DNA from: an uncultured Actinomycetota bacterium
Lineage (GTDB): Bacteria > Actinomycetota > Actinomycetes > Propionibacteriales > Nocardioidaceae
Reading direction: 5' to 3'
DNA length: 64,000 nt
NCBI GenBank assembly: GCA_963750435.1
Contig: CAVVQW010000008.1
Location: forward strand, 20,844 to 84,843
Numbering within the stretch: the stretch's first letter is position 1; each line of letters opens with the position of its first letter. Below are positions 32,245 through 43,205 of this stretch, one piece after another. Both the position numbers and the translations under genes were made by a program. The notes below the pieces were generated by a model. The model searched no databases, had not been told where the DNA came from, and saw only the letters and a list, made by a program, of their open reading frames with translations.

Positions 32245-33162
32245 CTACCCCTGGCGGGCGATCCCGACCAGCTCGCGCACCGGCCCGGCCGGCGGCTGCT
32301 GGGTGCCGACCCAGACCGCCCGGAAGTCGCGGCGCAGGTCGAGGTCGCGGGTCGGCACCCGGACGAGCTGGCCCGACCCCAGCTCGCGGGCCACCACCCG
32401 TCGGCTCAGGAAGGCCGGGGCGCTGCCGGCGACGACGGCCTCCCGGACGGCGGTCGCCGTGCTCAGCTCCACGAGCGGGTCGCCGAGGTCGAGGCCGTGC
32501 GCCCGCAAGGCCGTCTCGAGCACCTCCCGGGTGCCCGAGCCGCGCTCGCGACCGGTCAGGGCGAGCCCGGCCACCTCGGCCGGGGTGAGGCCCGCACGAC
32601 GGCGGGCCAGCGGCGAGCCCGCGGTGGCCACGAGCACCAGCTCGTCGCGCGCCACCACCACCGAGCGCACGCCCGCCGGGGCGTCGGCGCCCTCGGTGAA
32701 GCCGACGTGGGCGGTGCCGTCGAGGACCGCGCGCAGCACCTGCCCGGAGTTCACCGCGCTCAGGCTGACCGAGGTCGGTCGCAGGCCCTCGCCCTCCTGG
32801 CGCTGACGCAGCAGCACCAGCCAGCGGGGCAGCAGGCTCTCGGCGATCGTCATGCTCGCGGCCACGTCCAGCTCGCGGCCGCGCTCGCCGCGCAGCACGC
32901 CGATCGCCAGGTCGATCTCGTCGGCCAGCTCGAGCAGCCGCGCGGCCCACTCGACCACGACGACACCGTCCTGGGTCAGCTCCGAGCCGCGCGGGCCCCG
33001 GCGCACGAGCGTGAGGCCGACCTGCGCCTCCACCGCCCGCAGCCGCTCCGACGCCGACTGCTGGGTGACGCCGTGGGCGCGCGCGGCGCCGCCGATGCTG
33101 CCGTGCCGGGCGACCCCGACCAGCAGCCGCAGGCCGTCGAGGTCGGGCACGCGCGAAGTCAC
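32245..33162 (-). CDS. LysR family regulator (CysL-like)
   Basis: GSIGGAARAHGVTQQSASERL HTH, AASMTIAESLLP and RERGSGTR motifs. Confidence 0.9.
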   Translation of the reverse strand: MTSRVPDLDGLRLLVGVARHGSIGGAARAHGVTQQSASERLRAVEAQVGLTLVRRGPRGSELTQDGVVVVEWAARLLELADEIDLAIGVLRGERGRELDVAASMTIAESLLPRWLVLLRQRQEGEGLRPTSVSLSAVNSGQVLRAVLDGTAHVGFTEGADAPAGVRSVVVARDELVLVATAGSPLARRRAGLTPAEVAGLALTGRERGSGTREVLETALRAHGLDLGDPLVELSTATAVREAVVAGSAPAFLSRRVVARELGSGQLVRVPTRDLDLRRDFRAVWVGTQQPPAGPVRELVGIARQG

Positions 33163-33199
33163 AGGCTTGACCTTATGCTCCCCACAGGAAGTGCCTGTG
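33160..33199. promoter_or_regulatory. Paired operator-like inverted repeats between LysR and the TDT transporter
   Basis: Perfect CACAGG-N5-CCTGTG at 33183-33199 and a degenerate CACAGG...CTTATG at 33160-33177. Confidence 0.55.
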
Positions 33200-33255
33200 T
33201 CGGCACAGGCGACGAGCGGCTACTGCGAGCCGGACTGCGGAGACAGGCTGGTCCC

Positions 33256-34426
33256 ATGACCACGACGTACTCCGCCACCCGCCCGTCGTCGGCACCCGCC
33301 CGGGCACCGCGACCCTCCACCCTCCACCGCAGCCGGGGCCGCGAGCTGGCGGGCAGTCCGGCGCTCGGCTACATCGGGCCGAACTGGTTCGCCTCGGTGA
33401 TGGGCACCGGCATCGTCGCCAACGCGGCGGCGACGCTGCCGCTGCATCTGCCCGGGCTGATGGTCGCGGCCCGCGCCGTCTGGGTGCTCGACGTGCTCCT
33501 GCTGGCGCTGGTCGCCGGAGCGACGCTCGCTGCACCACCACCGCACCGCCGCGTCGCGCGGGGCCACCTGGACGACCCGGTGATGGCGCACTTCTACGGC
33601 GCTCCCGCGATGGCGCTGATGACCGTCGGGGCAGGGGCGCTCCTGGTCGGCGTGCCGGTGATCGGCCTCGGCGCGGCGGTCGCGCTCGACGCCGTGCTGT
33701 GGACTGCCGGCACCCTGCTCGGTCTGGCCACGGCCGTCGTCGTGCCCTTCCGCGCCCTCACCCGGCACGGCGTACGCCCCGGGTCGGCGTTCGGCCGGCT
33801 GGCTGATGCCGGTCGTGCCGCCGATGGTCAGCGCCGCGACCGGGCCGCTCCTGCTGCCGCACCTGCCCGCCGGGCCAGTGGCAGGTGGCGATGCAGCTGG
33901 CCTGCATCGATGATGTTCGGCCTGGCCCTGCTCGCCAGCCTGGTCGTGATCGTGCTGATCTGCGGCCGCCTGATCCACCACGGGGTCGGGCCCGCTGCCG
34001 GCGTACCGACGCTGTTCATCGTGCTCGGCCCGCTCGGGCAGTCCGTGACCGCGGCCCACACGCTCGGGGGGACCGGCGCCGCCGTGCTGCCGGCCCCCTA
34101 CGGCTCGGCGTACGCCGTGGCCGGGCTGCTGTACGGCGCGCCCGGTCTGGGGGTTCGCGATGCTGTGGCTCGTCCTGGCCGTCTCGATCACGGTGCGCGC
34201 CGCCCGCGGCGGACTGCCGTTCTCGCTGACCTGGTGGTCCTTCACGTTCCCGGTCGGCACCCTGGTCACCGGCACCTCGGGCCTGGAGGCGGCCACGGGC
34301 GCGGACTTCCTGGCCGTCGCCGCCGTCGTGCTGTACGCCGGGCTGGTCGCGGCGTGGGGCGTGGTCGCGACCCGCACCGCGCGGGGCGCCTGGACCGGCC
34401 GGCTGCTGCTGGCCCCCGCTGCCTGA
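33256..34426 (+). CDS. TDT/SLAC1 family anion transporter, multiple frameshifts
   Basis: GPNWFASVMGTGI, HFYGAPAMAL, LGPLGQS and LPFSLTWWSFTFPVG in changing frames. Confidence 0.82.
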
Positions 34427-34474
34427 GCGGGGTCCGCCTGAGCGGGGTCCGCCTGAGCGGGGTCCGCCTGAGCG
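34421..34474. repeat. 15-bp tandem repeat x3.5 over the TDT stop codon
   Basis: (GCCTGAGCGGGGTCC)n. Confidence 0.9.
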
Positions 34475-34493
34475 CGGCCCGAGGGCCGGCTCC

Positions 34494-34733
34494 TCAGAGC
34501 AGGGTCGCGACGTCCTCGCGGCCACCCCGGTCGTGGATGTGGTCGACCAGCCGCTCGCGGGTGTTGTCGCTGACGTTGATGCCGGCCTGGTCGATGGCGG
34601 CGTCGAGGTCGCGACGGATGGTCTCCGGCGAGGCGGACTCCTCGTAGGAGCTGACCCGGTCGTAGACCGCCTGCAGCACCTCGACGCGGGGGTCGGAGTC
34701 GGGGTTCGAGTCGGATCGGGTGTCGTCGCTCAT
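34494..34733 (-). CDS. Small acidic hypothetical protein (79 aa)
   Basis: ATGA overlap with the upstream LLM gene; high GC3; MSDDTRSD...VLQAVYDRVSSYEESA. Confidence 0.7.
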   Translation of the reverse strand: MSDDTRSDSNPDSDPRVEVLQAVYDRVSSYEESASPETIRRDLDAAIDQAGINVSDNTRERLVDHIHDRGGREDVATLL

Positions 34734-35716
34734 GCGGATGCCTTCCGTAGCTTCTCGAGCAGGGGTTCGGCCACCTCGGCGAGGAAGGCCTCCTGGGTGT
34801 CGCCGCCGATCTGGACGAGCGCGACGTCGGTGAAGCCGCTCTCCCAGAAGGGTCGGACGGCCTCGACGATCGCGTCGAGGTCGGGGCCGCAGGGGATGTT
34901 CTCCGCGACGTCCTCGGGGCGCACGAACTGGGTCGCCCCGGCGAAGCCGGCGGTGGTGGGCAGGTCGGCGTTGACCGCCCACCCTCCGGCGAACCAGCGG
35001 AACTGGTCGTGGGCGCGCTCCACCGCGGCCTCGCGGGAGGGGTCCCAGCAGATCGGGATCTGGCCCACGGCACGGGCGCCGGAGCCGATGCGCGGGGCCC
35101 CGTCGACGGCGTTCCACTCCTCGACCAGGTCGGCGGAGGGCTCGGTGGCGACGAGGTGGTCGGCCAGCGGGGCCAGCTCCTCGATCGCCCGACCGCCGCC
35201 GGCGGCGACGCCGATCTCGACCGGGGTCTCGGGCAGGTCCCAGACGCGCGCGGAGTCGACCTGGAAGTACTCGCCGCGGTAGTCCGTCAGCTCACCGGTG
35301 TGCAGCTCGCGGATGATCTCGATGGCCTCCTTGAGCATGGCCTGGCGGTCCTGCACGGCCGGCCAGCCGGCACCGACGACGTGCTCGTTGAGGTTCTCGC
35401 CGCTGCCCAGGCCGAGGGTGAAGCGGCCCTCGGCGAGCAGCTGCACCGTCGCGGCCTTCTGGGCCACGATCGCGGGGTGGTAGCGGATCGTCGGGCAGGT
35501 CACGTAGGTCATCAGCCCGACGCGTGAGGTGGCGTGGGCCACCGCGCCCAGCACCGACCAGGCGTACGGCGCGTGGCCCTGCGCCGAGAGCCACGGGAAG
35601 TAGTGGTCGCTCATCACCTCGAAGTCGAAGCCGGCGCCCTCGGCGCGGACGGCGTGGTCCACGAGCTCGCGCGGGCCGGTCTGCTCGGTCATCAACGTGT
35701 AGCCGAAGCTGGTCAT
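34730..35716 (-). CDS. F420-dependent LLM-class oxidoreductase (G6PDH-like family)
   Basis: GYTLMTEQ, SDHYFPW, RYHPAIVAQKAAT and GLGSGENLNEH motifs. Confidence 0.9.
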   Translation of the reverse strand: MTSFGYTLMTEQTGPRELVDHAVRAEGAGFDFEVMSDHYFPWLSAQGHAPYAWSVLGAVAHATSRVGLMTYVTCPTIRYHPAIVAQKAATVQLLAEGRFTLGLGSGENLNEHVVGAGWPAVQDRQAMLKEAIEIIRELHTGELTDYRGEYFQVDSARVWDLPETPVEIGVAAGGGRAIEELAPLADHLVATEPSADLVEEWNAVDGAPRIGSGARAVGQIPICWDPSREAAVERAHDQFRWFAGGWAVNADLPTTAGFAGATQFVRPEDVAENIPCGPDLDAIVEAVRPFWESGFTDVALVQIGGDTQEAFLAEVAEPLLEKLRKASA

Positions 35717-35868
35717 GCGTCTCCTGGGATCGAGAGGGGGTCCCCCGACGGGTACCCCGAAGCCCGCGGCCCGATCACGCCCTCGCCCTCCTCGGGCCAC
35801 GTCCGGGGCGCCTCACCCGGCTCCACCGGCGGGGACCTCGCTACATTGGCGACGTGCGAGAGGACCCC

Positions 35869-38063
35869 GTGTCGACGGCTCCACGCTCCGCCACCCCCTC
35901 GCCCTCCTCGGGCCCCGCTCCCCGTCGGCCCCCACTCCGCTGTCCACCCTGGGCCGCCGCTGGCGCCTGGTCGGGCGCCGGCTCCGACGGGCCCGCCCCG
36001 GCTGGGCCTGGGTCCTCGGGGTGCTGCGCGGCTTCGTGGTCTCGTTCCTCGCCCTCTCGCTGAGCCTCTGGCTGCTGCCGGGCACGCAGGTCACGCGCGG
36101 CAGCGAGTCGGTGGCCACGCTGGCGATCGTCGTCCTCGCCGTCGGCGCCCTGCTGCGGCCCGCGCTGACCCGGCTCACCGTGCTGACCGGCAGCTTCGGG
36201 CTGCTCCTGGCGGGGCTGCTGGCCCAGGTGCTGGTGCTCGGCATCGCCCTGGCGCTGGTGCCGACCGTCGAGCCGTTCTCCTACGGCCAGGTCGTGGTCG
36301 CCTCGTGGGCCTCCGCGGTCGCGGCGGCGGCGGTGAACTGGCTCTTCGACGCGAGCAGCGACGAGGCCTTCTTCGGACAGGTCCTGGGCCAGGCCGTGCG
36401 CAACACCCACCGGCACGGCCGGCCGGGGCGCGGCCTGCTCGTCGTCCAGCTCGACGGGGTCAGCGAGCCCCTGCTGCGCCAGGCGATCACCGGCGGGGCG
36501 ATGCCGACGGTCTCCTCGTGGCTGCGCGGCGGCTCCCACGTGCTGCGCCGCTGGCACACCGGGCTGCCCGCGACCACGCCGGCGGGGCAGTCCGTGCTGC
36601 TGCACGGCGACACCACGCGCCGTGCCCTCGTTCCGCTGGTGGGACAAGGAGCGAGGTCGGATGGTGGTCGCCAGCGCCCCGTCGGACCTCGCCGAGGTCG
36701 AGCGCGCGATGACCACCGGCCGGGGGCTGCTGGCCGACGGCGGCGTGAGCGTGTCGAACCTCTTCTCCGGCGACGCCCCGACGCGGGTGCTGACGATGAG
36801 CGACGCCCGGGTGCCGACCCGCGAGCGCGGCGCCGCGTGGTTCGCCGTGGCCCGCTCCGGCTTCGCCCGCTCGATCATCCTGTTCGTCGGCCAGATGATC
36901 ACCGAGTGGCACCAGGGCCGGCGCCAGCGCCGCCGCGACGTACGGCCGCGTGTCCGCCGGGGCGGGGTGTTCGTGCTGCTCCGCGGGCTGACCACCGTCG
37001 TGCTGCGCGACCTGAACGTCTCGATCGTCTCCGAGCACCTGGCCCGGAGCACCCCCGTGGTGTTCGTCGACTTCGTGGACTACGACGAGGTCGCCCACCA
37101 CGCCGGGCCGAGCCGACCGGAGTCGATGCGCACGCTGGAGAGCCTGGACCGCGTGCTGCAGTTCTTCGACGACCTGACCGAGGAGGTGCGCTGCGACTAC
37201 GAGCTCGTCGTGGTCTCCGACCACGGACAGGCCCAGGGCGCGACCTTCCGCCAGCTGACCGGCCGCACCCTGTCGGAGGTGGTGCAGGACCTCGTGGCGG
37301 CACCCACGACCCGCGCGGCCGACGACCGGCCCGTGGAGACCTGGGGGCCGGCGAACCTGCTGCTCTCCAGCGCCACCGGGGCCGAACGACGGGTCGGGCT
37401 CGAGGCCAGGACGACCGGCCGCCGGCGGGAGGAGCCGCCCACGACCGACGCCGCCGACGAGGTCGTGGTGGCGGCGTCGGGCAGCCTCGCGCACGTCTAC
37501 CTGACCGGCGTCCCCGGCCGCGTCGTCGAGGAGGACGTACGCCGGCTGCACCCCGCGCTGATCGACGGCCTGGCCGCCCACCCGCACGTCGGCCTGGTGC
37601 TCGTGCGTCGCGCCGACGGCAGCCTGGTCGCCCACGGGGCCCGGGGCTGGCGCCGCGTGACCGGCGGCGGGCACCGTCGGGGGGCGACGGGGAGGGCGAG
37701 GACCCGGTCGCGACGTACGGCCGACTGGCCATGGCCGACCTCGCGGCGCTGGACCGCCGTGACCACGTCGGCGACCTGGTGCTGCTCGGGGCGCTGGACC
37801 GCTCGCTCGGCGAGGTCGTGGCCTTCGAGGAGCTGGTCGGGTCCCACGGCGGCCTCGGCGGCTGGCAGACCGAGGCGCTGCTGATCCATCCGGCGTCCTG
37901 GCAGGTCGACCCCGGCCACCCGCTCACCGGCACCCAGGTGCACGAGGCGCTGCTGCGCCGCCTGGTCGAGCTCGGGCTGCGGAGGCCCTCCCGCCCGCCC
38001 AGCAGGCCCCAGCCGCAGCCGACCCGCAACCCCGACCGCAGCGCCGAGGGCGGCGACGCATGA
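35869..38063 (+). CDS. Membrane (holin-4-like) N-terminus + alkaline phosphatase/phosphodiesterase-family protein, frameshifts near 36620 and 37680
   Basis: Four TM segments, then VQLDGVS, PATTPAGQ, DYDEVAHHAGP, VVSDHGQ and FEELVGSHGGLGGWQ; start approximate. Confidence 0.75.
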
Positions 38064-38845
38064 GCAGCGGGCTGGCGGTCACCTGGTGGGGGCACTCGAC
38101 GGTGACCGTCGAGATGGGCGGGGTGCGGGTGCTGACCGACCCCCTGCTCAGCGACCGGCTGCTCCACCTGCGGCGGCACGGGCCCAGCCCCGCCCCCGAG
38201 GCCGCGGCGGCCGACCTGGTGCTGGTCTCGCACCTGCACGCCGACCACCTGCACCTGCCGTCGCTGCGGCGGTTGCCCGCCTCGGCGGTGCTGGTGGTGC
38301 CCCGGGGCAGCCGCGGGCTGCTCGGCGGCGTAGGCGTGGCCACGGTCGTCGAGGCCGGTCCCGGTGACCACCTCGACCTGGCCGGGGTGCACGTCGAGGT
38401 GCTGGCCGCCCACCACGACGGACGGCGCCTCCCGGGGTCGCGGCACCGGGGGCCCGCCCTCGGGTTCCGGGTGCACGACGACGACCACTCGTGGTGGTTC
38501 CCGGGCGACACCGGCCTCGACCACGGCGCGGCGGAGGTCGCCCCGGTCGACCTCGCCCTGGTGCCGGTCGGCGGCTGGGGGCCCACGCTCGGCCACGAGC
38601 ACCTGGGCCCCGAGCAGGCCGCGGAGGCGGTGCGCCTCGTCGGGGCCCGCTGGGCGCTGCCGGTGCACCACGGCACCTTCTGGCCGATCGGGCTGCGGCT
38701 CGTGCACCGCGCCAACCACCACCGCCTGTTCGTCACCCCGGGCCCCCGCTTCGCCGACGCCCTGGCTTCGGCCGCCCCGGAGGCCCACGCACTGCCACCG
38801 GAGCACGGCCTGCGGGTCGTCCTGCACGAGGAGGGCCCGTCATGA
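38060..38845 (+). CDS. MBL-fold metallo-hydrolase
   Basis: TWWGHST, LTDP, SHLHADHL, GDTG and PVHHGT motifs. Confidence 0.9.
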   Translation: MSSGLAVTWWGHSTVTVEMGGVRVLTDPLLSDRLLHLRRHGPSPAPEAAAADLVLVSHLHADHLHLPSLRRLPASAVLVVPRGSRGLLGGVGVATVVEAGPGDHLDLAGVHVEVLAAHHDGRRLPGSRHRGPALGFRVHDDDHSWWFPGDTGLDHGAAEVAPVDLALVPVGGWGPTLGHEHLGPEQAAEAVRLVGARWALPVHHGTFWPIGLRLVHRANHHRLFVTPGPRFADALASAAPEAHALPPEHGLRVVLHEEGPS

Positions 38846-39414
38846 CCGAGAGCCTCGGACCGCTCGGCCTGCTGGCGGTGTTCGGCTTCGTCGCCTTCGG
38901 CTCGATCATCCCGGTGGTGCCGACCGGCCCCGCGGTGAGCGCCGCGGCCGTGCTGGCCAGCAACCAGCACCCGTGGGAGCTCGTGCTGGTGCTGCTCGTC
39001 GGGGCCGCGGGGGCCTACGTCGGCGACGTCACGACGTACGCCGTGCTCCGGGCCGCCGGCCAGCCGCTCGCCCAACGGGTGGGCTGGCTGAACGCCGACG
39101 ACCCCGACGGCGCCCTGCGCCGGCTGCGCACCGGCATCGAGGAGCACGAGATCCGGTCGCTGCTGCTGTCGCGGCTGATCCCCGCGGGCAGGATCCCGGT
39201 GCTGCTGGCCGCGGCCCTGGGCGGCTACCCGTGGCGGCGCTACGTGAGCGCGGCCGTGCTGGCGACCCTGCTCTGGTCGGCGACCTACTCACTCGTGGGG
39301 ATCCTCGGGGACACGATCTTCCCCGACGCCCGGGTCGCCGTGGTCGCGGCCGTGGTGGGCGCCGTGCTGATCACGCTCGTGGGCCAGGCCGTGCAGCGCC
39401 ACCGCGCCCGCTGA
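38842..39414 (+). CDS. DedA/VTT family membrane protein
   Basis: GAYVGDVTTY and SRLIPAGR motifs; ATGA overlap. Confidence 0.85.
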   Translation: MTESLGPLGLLAVFGFVAFGSIIPVVPTGPAVSAAAVLASNQHPWELVLVLLVGAAGAYVGDVTTYAVLRAAGQPLAQRVGWLNADDPDGALRRLRTGIEEHEIRSLLLSRLIPAGRIPVLLAAALGGYPWRRYVSAAVLATLLWSATYSLVGILGDTIFPDARVAVVAAVVGAVLITLVGQAVQRHRAR

Positions 39415-39417
39415 GGC

Positions 39418-40083
39418 TCACACCTCGCGCAGGTGCTGCTCCCAGTCCAGCCCGACGAGGTCGCCGGGCACCTCGACCACCAGCACGGCACCGGCCTCGG
39501 TCAGCTCGGCCTCGCCGAAGCCGCCCGAGCGCAGGGCGATGCAGGACAACCCGGCCCGGGCCGCGGACTCCACGTCGTACGGCGTGTCCCCGACCATCAC
39601 CGCGCGGCTCACCCCGAGCTTCTCCAGCGTGGTCTCGAGCAGGTCGGGCGCCGGCTTGGAGGCGTTGACGTCGGCCGAGGTCGTCAGCAGGGCGAGGTCG
39701 CTCCCGACGCCGAGGGAGTCGACGGCGTGGCGGGCGAACTCGGGCTCGCCGGAGGAGGCCAGCGCGACGGTCCAGCCGTCGGCGACCAGCTGGCGCAGCA
39801 GGTCGATCGACCCGGGCAGGGGGTCGACCTCGGCCTCGAGCTCGGCGTACTCCTGCTTCCAGGCCGTGCGCAGGTCCTCGCCCAGGCGCTCCTCCACCTC
39901 GTCGCCCGCGACGTGCGGCACCAGCTTGTCGCCGCCCATGCCGACGGCCCGGTGGATCCGCCACATCGGCAGGTGCACGCCGTGGCGGTCGAAGGCCCGC
40001 TGCCAGGCGACGGCGTGGTGGTAGGTCGAGTCGACCAGGGTGCCGTCGATGTCGAAGAGCAGGGCGGAGTCGGAGGCGGGCAT
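39418..40083 (-). CDS. HAD family hydrolase
   Basis: FDIDGTLVDS, SKPAPD and VGDTPYD motifs; GTTT-N15-GGGCA SigF-like promoter ends about 10 nt before the ATG. Confidence 0.92.
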   Translation of the reverse strand: MPASDSALLFDIDGTLVDSTYHHAVAWQRAFDRHGVHLPMWRIHRAVGMGGDKLVPHVAGDEVEERLGEDLRTAWKQEYAELEAEVDPLPGSIDLLRQLVADGWTVALASSGEPEFARHAVDSLGVGSDLALLTTSADVNASKPAPDLLETTLEKLGVSRAVMVGDTPYDVESAARAGLSCIALRSGGFGEAELTEAGAVLVVEVPGDLVGLDWEQHLREV

Positions 40084-40145
40084 GCCCTCGCGGTGCCCGA
40101 AGCCGCGACGGGCAAACGGCCCGGCCGTGCGCCGGACGCGACGGG

Positions 40146-41123
40146 TCAGCGCAGGGTGACGACCGACTTGCCCAGGGTCTTGCGGTCGGCGAGGTCCTGG
40201 AGCGCGGTGCCGAACTCCTCGATGGCGTAGGTCTTCCCGATGGGCGGGTCGATCACGCCGGACTCCATCATCGGCAGCAGCTCGTCCCACTGCCTGCGCA
40301 TGTAGCCGGGCCGGGCCATGGCGTAGGCGCCCCAGCCGACGCCGCGCACGTCGACGTTGTTGAGCAGCAGCCGGTTGACCTTGACCGCGGGGATCGCGCC
40401 GGCGGTGAAGCCGACGACCAGCAGGCGGCCCTGGGCGCCGAGCGAGCGCAGCGAGTCGGTCATCAGGTCGCCGCCGACGACGTCCATCACGACGTCGACG
40501 CCCTCGCCGCCGGTGAGCTCCTTGACCGCGTCGCGGAAGCCCTCGACGAGGACGACCTCGTCGGCGCCGGCGCGACGGGCGACCTCGCCCTTCTCCTCGG
40601 TGGAGACCACGGCGATGGTGCGGGCGCCGTACCCCTTGGCGACCTGGATGGTGGCGGTGCCGACGCCACCGGCGGCGCCGTGCACGAGGACGGTCTCGCC
40701 CTGCTCGAGGTCGCCGCGCTCGGCGAGGGCGAACTGGGCGGTGAGGTAGTTCATCGGGATCGCGGCGCCCTGCTCGAAGCTCAGCGCGTCGGGCAGCGGG
40801 AAGACGCTGTCGGCGCCGAGCGCGACGACGTCGGCGGCGCCGCCGTGGCCCAGGACGCAGGCGACCCGGTCACCCGCGGCGAAGCCGGAGCCGTCGGGCG
40901 CGGAGCGCACGACGCCCGCGAAGTCGACGCCGAGGGTGAAGGGCAGGTCGGGCTTGAGCTGGTACTCCCCCCTGCTCAGCAGGAGGTCGGGGAAGGAGAT
41001 CCCGACGGCGTGGGTCTCGACGAGGACCTGCGGGCCGAAGGGGCCGTCCGCGGCCGGCTCGGGCACCTCCTGCACCGTGATCGCGGAGGGGCCGTCGGTC
41101 CGGGTCACCTGGACTGCGCGCAT
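40146..41123 (-). CDS. NADPH:quinone oxidoreductase (MDR/zeta-crystallin family)
   Basis: VHGAAGGVG, GVDVVMDVVGG and NRLLLNN motifs. Confidence 0.92.
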   Translation of the reverse strand: MRAVQVTRTDGPSAITVQEVPEPAADGPFGPQVLVETHAVGISFPDLLLSRGEYQLKPDLPFTLGVDFAGVVRSAPDGSGFAAGDRVACVLGHGGAADVVALGADSVFPLPDALSFEQGAAIPMNYLTAQFALAERGDLEQGETVLVHGAAGGVGTATIQVAKGYGARTIAVVSTEEKGEVARRAGADEVVLVEGFRDAVKELTGGEGVDVVMDVVGGDLMTDSLRSLGAQGRLLVVGFTAGAIPAVKVNRLLLNNVDVRGVGWGAYAMARPGYMRRQWDELLPMMESGVIDPPIGKTYAIEEFGTALQDLADRKTLGKSVVTLR

Positions 41124-41168
41124 GCCGCCGAGGCTAGCGGGTGCGCGCGCCGCCGGGTCGCGGCCGGC

Positions 41169-42368
41169 TCAGCGCGACTTGACCAGCCTGGCCAGCTCGA
41201 AGTGCATGGGGTCGGTGTAGTGCCAGTCGCCGCCCCAGGCGAAGCCCCACTTCTTGAAGATCGAGACCACGGTGCGGTCCATGTCGCCGGCGATGCCGCG
41301 GTAGTTGGTGGAGGCGTTGAGGTCGATGGCGGTGCCGTAGGTGTGGAAGCTCAGACCTCTGGAGGGGGTCCGGGCGATGAAGCGCGGCACGTAGCAGCCG
41401 TCGTAGGTGTGGATCTTGCTCGACAGCCCGCGCGTCACGACCTCGCTCAGGGCCCCTCGAGCTGCGGAAGCATCACCCGGTGGCCGGTGACCCGGCCGAT
41501 GATCGGCATCTGTCGGTGCGGATGTTGGCCGAGACCCAGGCGGGTCGGGGTTCACGGTGCCGTCGGGGTTGGCGGTGTAGCTGAACGAGCCGACCGCGCG
41601 GGCACCGAGCCGCCGGTGAGGAAGGCGGTCTGGGTGGCGTTGATGTCCAGGTCGGGACCGAGGATCTGCACGCTGGCCTTGGTGCCGGCCAGCTACTGCA
41701 GCTGCTTGCGGATGCTCTGCGGGGGCGGCGCCCATGGCGATCAGCGGCGCGTTGTCGTGCCGCATGCCCAGCGGCTCGGCCCACTTCTAGTTCACCACCG
41801 CGTCGATGCGGCGGGCCACGGAGGGGTTCAGCAGCTGGGCGTAGGCGCCGATGTGGATGGTCGGGCGACGCTCTCGTTGCCCAGCCGCATGAAGCCGTCC
41901 TTGCGCTGGAGCGCGTCCGAGCCGGCTCGACGGCGATCTCGCCGGCGGCGACCCGCTTCCAGACCCCTCGTCTGGGCGGTGCCGGGCTGGGTGTAGCGCC
42001 AGAAGGTGGCGGGATCGACCGCGGCGTAGGTGACCTCCTGCTCGTCGACGTAGAACTGGCCCATCGACATCACCTCGACGCCCTCGACGCCCTTGAGCCG
42101 CGGATGGCGGCGACCGTGCCGTGGTCGAGGGTGTCCTGGCCGAAGACCAGGACGTCGTCGGAGAACAGCGCGCCCTTGACCGAGTCGGGCGCGGCGACCG
42201 TGACGTCGGGCCGGCCGTCCTGGCCGGCTCGGCCGTGGTGCCGTCGTGCCGCCGCCTGCGGGTGTCGGCGGGGCGGTCCTGGTCCTCGGGTCGGGCTCGG
42301 CCGCAGGCGGCCACGATCAGGCCGAGGGCGCCGAGGCCCACGACCTCGCGCCTGGACAGCTCGCGCAT
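41169..42368 (-). CDS. M15-family (D-Ala-D-Ala) metallopeptidase lipoprotein, multiple frameshifts
   Basis: SRREVVGLGALGLIVAAC (twin-Arg + lipobox); C-terminal LSFHTYGTAIDLN and WGGDWHYTDPMHFE. Confidence 0.75.
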
Positions 42369-42559
42369 GTGCATCCCCTCCGGGCACGGCGTCCCCGTGC
42401 CCCGACCAGCTCCGTGCCCCGACGACCGGCCTGCGCTGGTCGCCCTCCGCCAGCAGGGTAACCGTCGTGCGGTGACGCGGAGGGGAGTCCCAGAAGGGCC
42501 GGCCTCGGCTGTTCTCGGCCCGGCAGGTGGCCCGTGCGGCGCCTGGGCGCGGAGCGTTC

Positions 42560-43169
42560 GGACCGGCCAGGGGGCGAGGACGCGCTCGGCGATCCAGGCG
42601 ACGGTCTCGGCCGTGGCCGCCGGGTCGCCGCCCGGCTGCATGACGTGGCTGAGCACCAACCGCACGACCATGTCGATCATCAGCTCGAGGCGGGCGTCGT
42701 CGAGGCCGACGTCGTAGGAGTCGACGTGCTCGCGGATCATCCCCCCGGCCGCGCCCAGCAGCATCTCGGAGTTGGTGGTCAGCAGCGGCAGCAGCTCGCT
42801 CTCGGCGCCCTGCCGGCTGCTCAGGATCGCGTGCAGCAGCGGGTCGGCGCGGGCCTGCTCCAGCACGCGGTACGCCGCCGCCTCGATCGCCTTGACCAGG
42901 TCGTCGGGGTGGTCGCGGAAGGCGGAGTCGACGACCTGGAGGAACAGCTCGAGCTCGCGCATCACCATGGCCTCGGCGAGCTGCGGCTTGCCGCCGATCT
43001 CGTTGTAGACCGTCTGCCGGCTGACCCCGACGAGGTCGGCCAGCTTGGCCATCGTCAGCCCGGCCCAGCCGTGCTCGGCGGTGAAGCCGGACGCCGCGAC
43101 CAGGAGTCGGTCACGGTGGGTGACCGGCTCCGGGACCACGCGCCGGGTCAGCGGGCCGACAGGACTCAT
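42560..43169 (-). CDS. TetR family regulator of the alkB cluster (AlkX/AlkU-like); stop codon not visible, end approximate
   Basis: TMAKLADLVGVSRQTVYNEIGGK HTH, LLPLLTT and VRLVLSHVMQP; directly downstream of alkB-rub. Confidence 0.82.
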
Positions 43170-43205
43170 GCGACCCACCCTAGTGAGCAGGCCCAGCAAG
43201 CCGCC

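Noticed and set aside
35869-36400. Prophage inferred from the holin-like domain
   Set aside because: The TM domain is fused to a phosphodiesterase, and no phage genes occur nearby.
41787-43199. 470-aa TetR-lipoprotein fusion ORF
   Set aside because: The linker is intergenic-like and a separate ATG with RBS and signal peptide occurs at 42368. A lost TetR stop in an error-prone region is more plausible.
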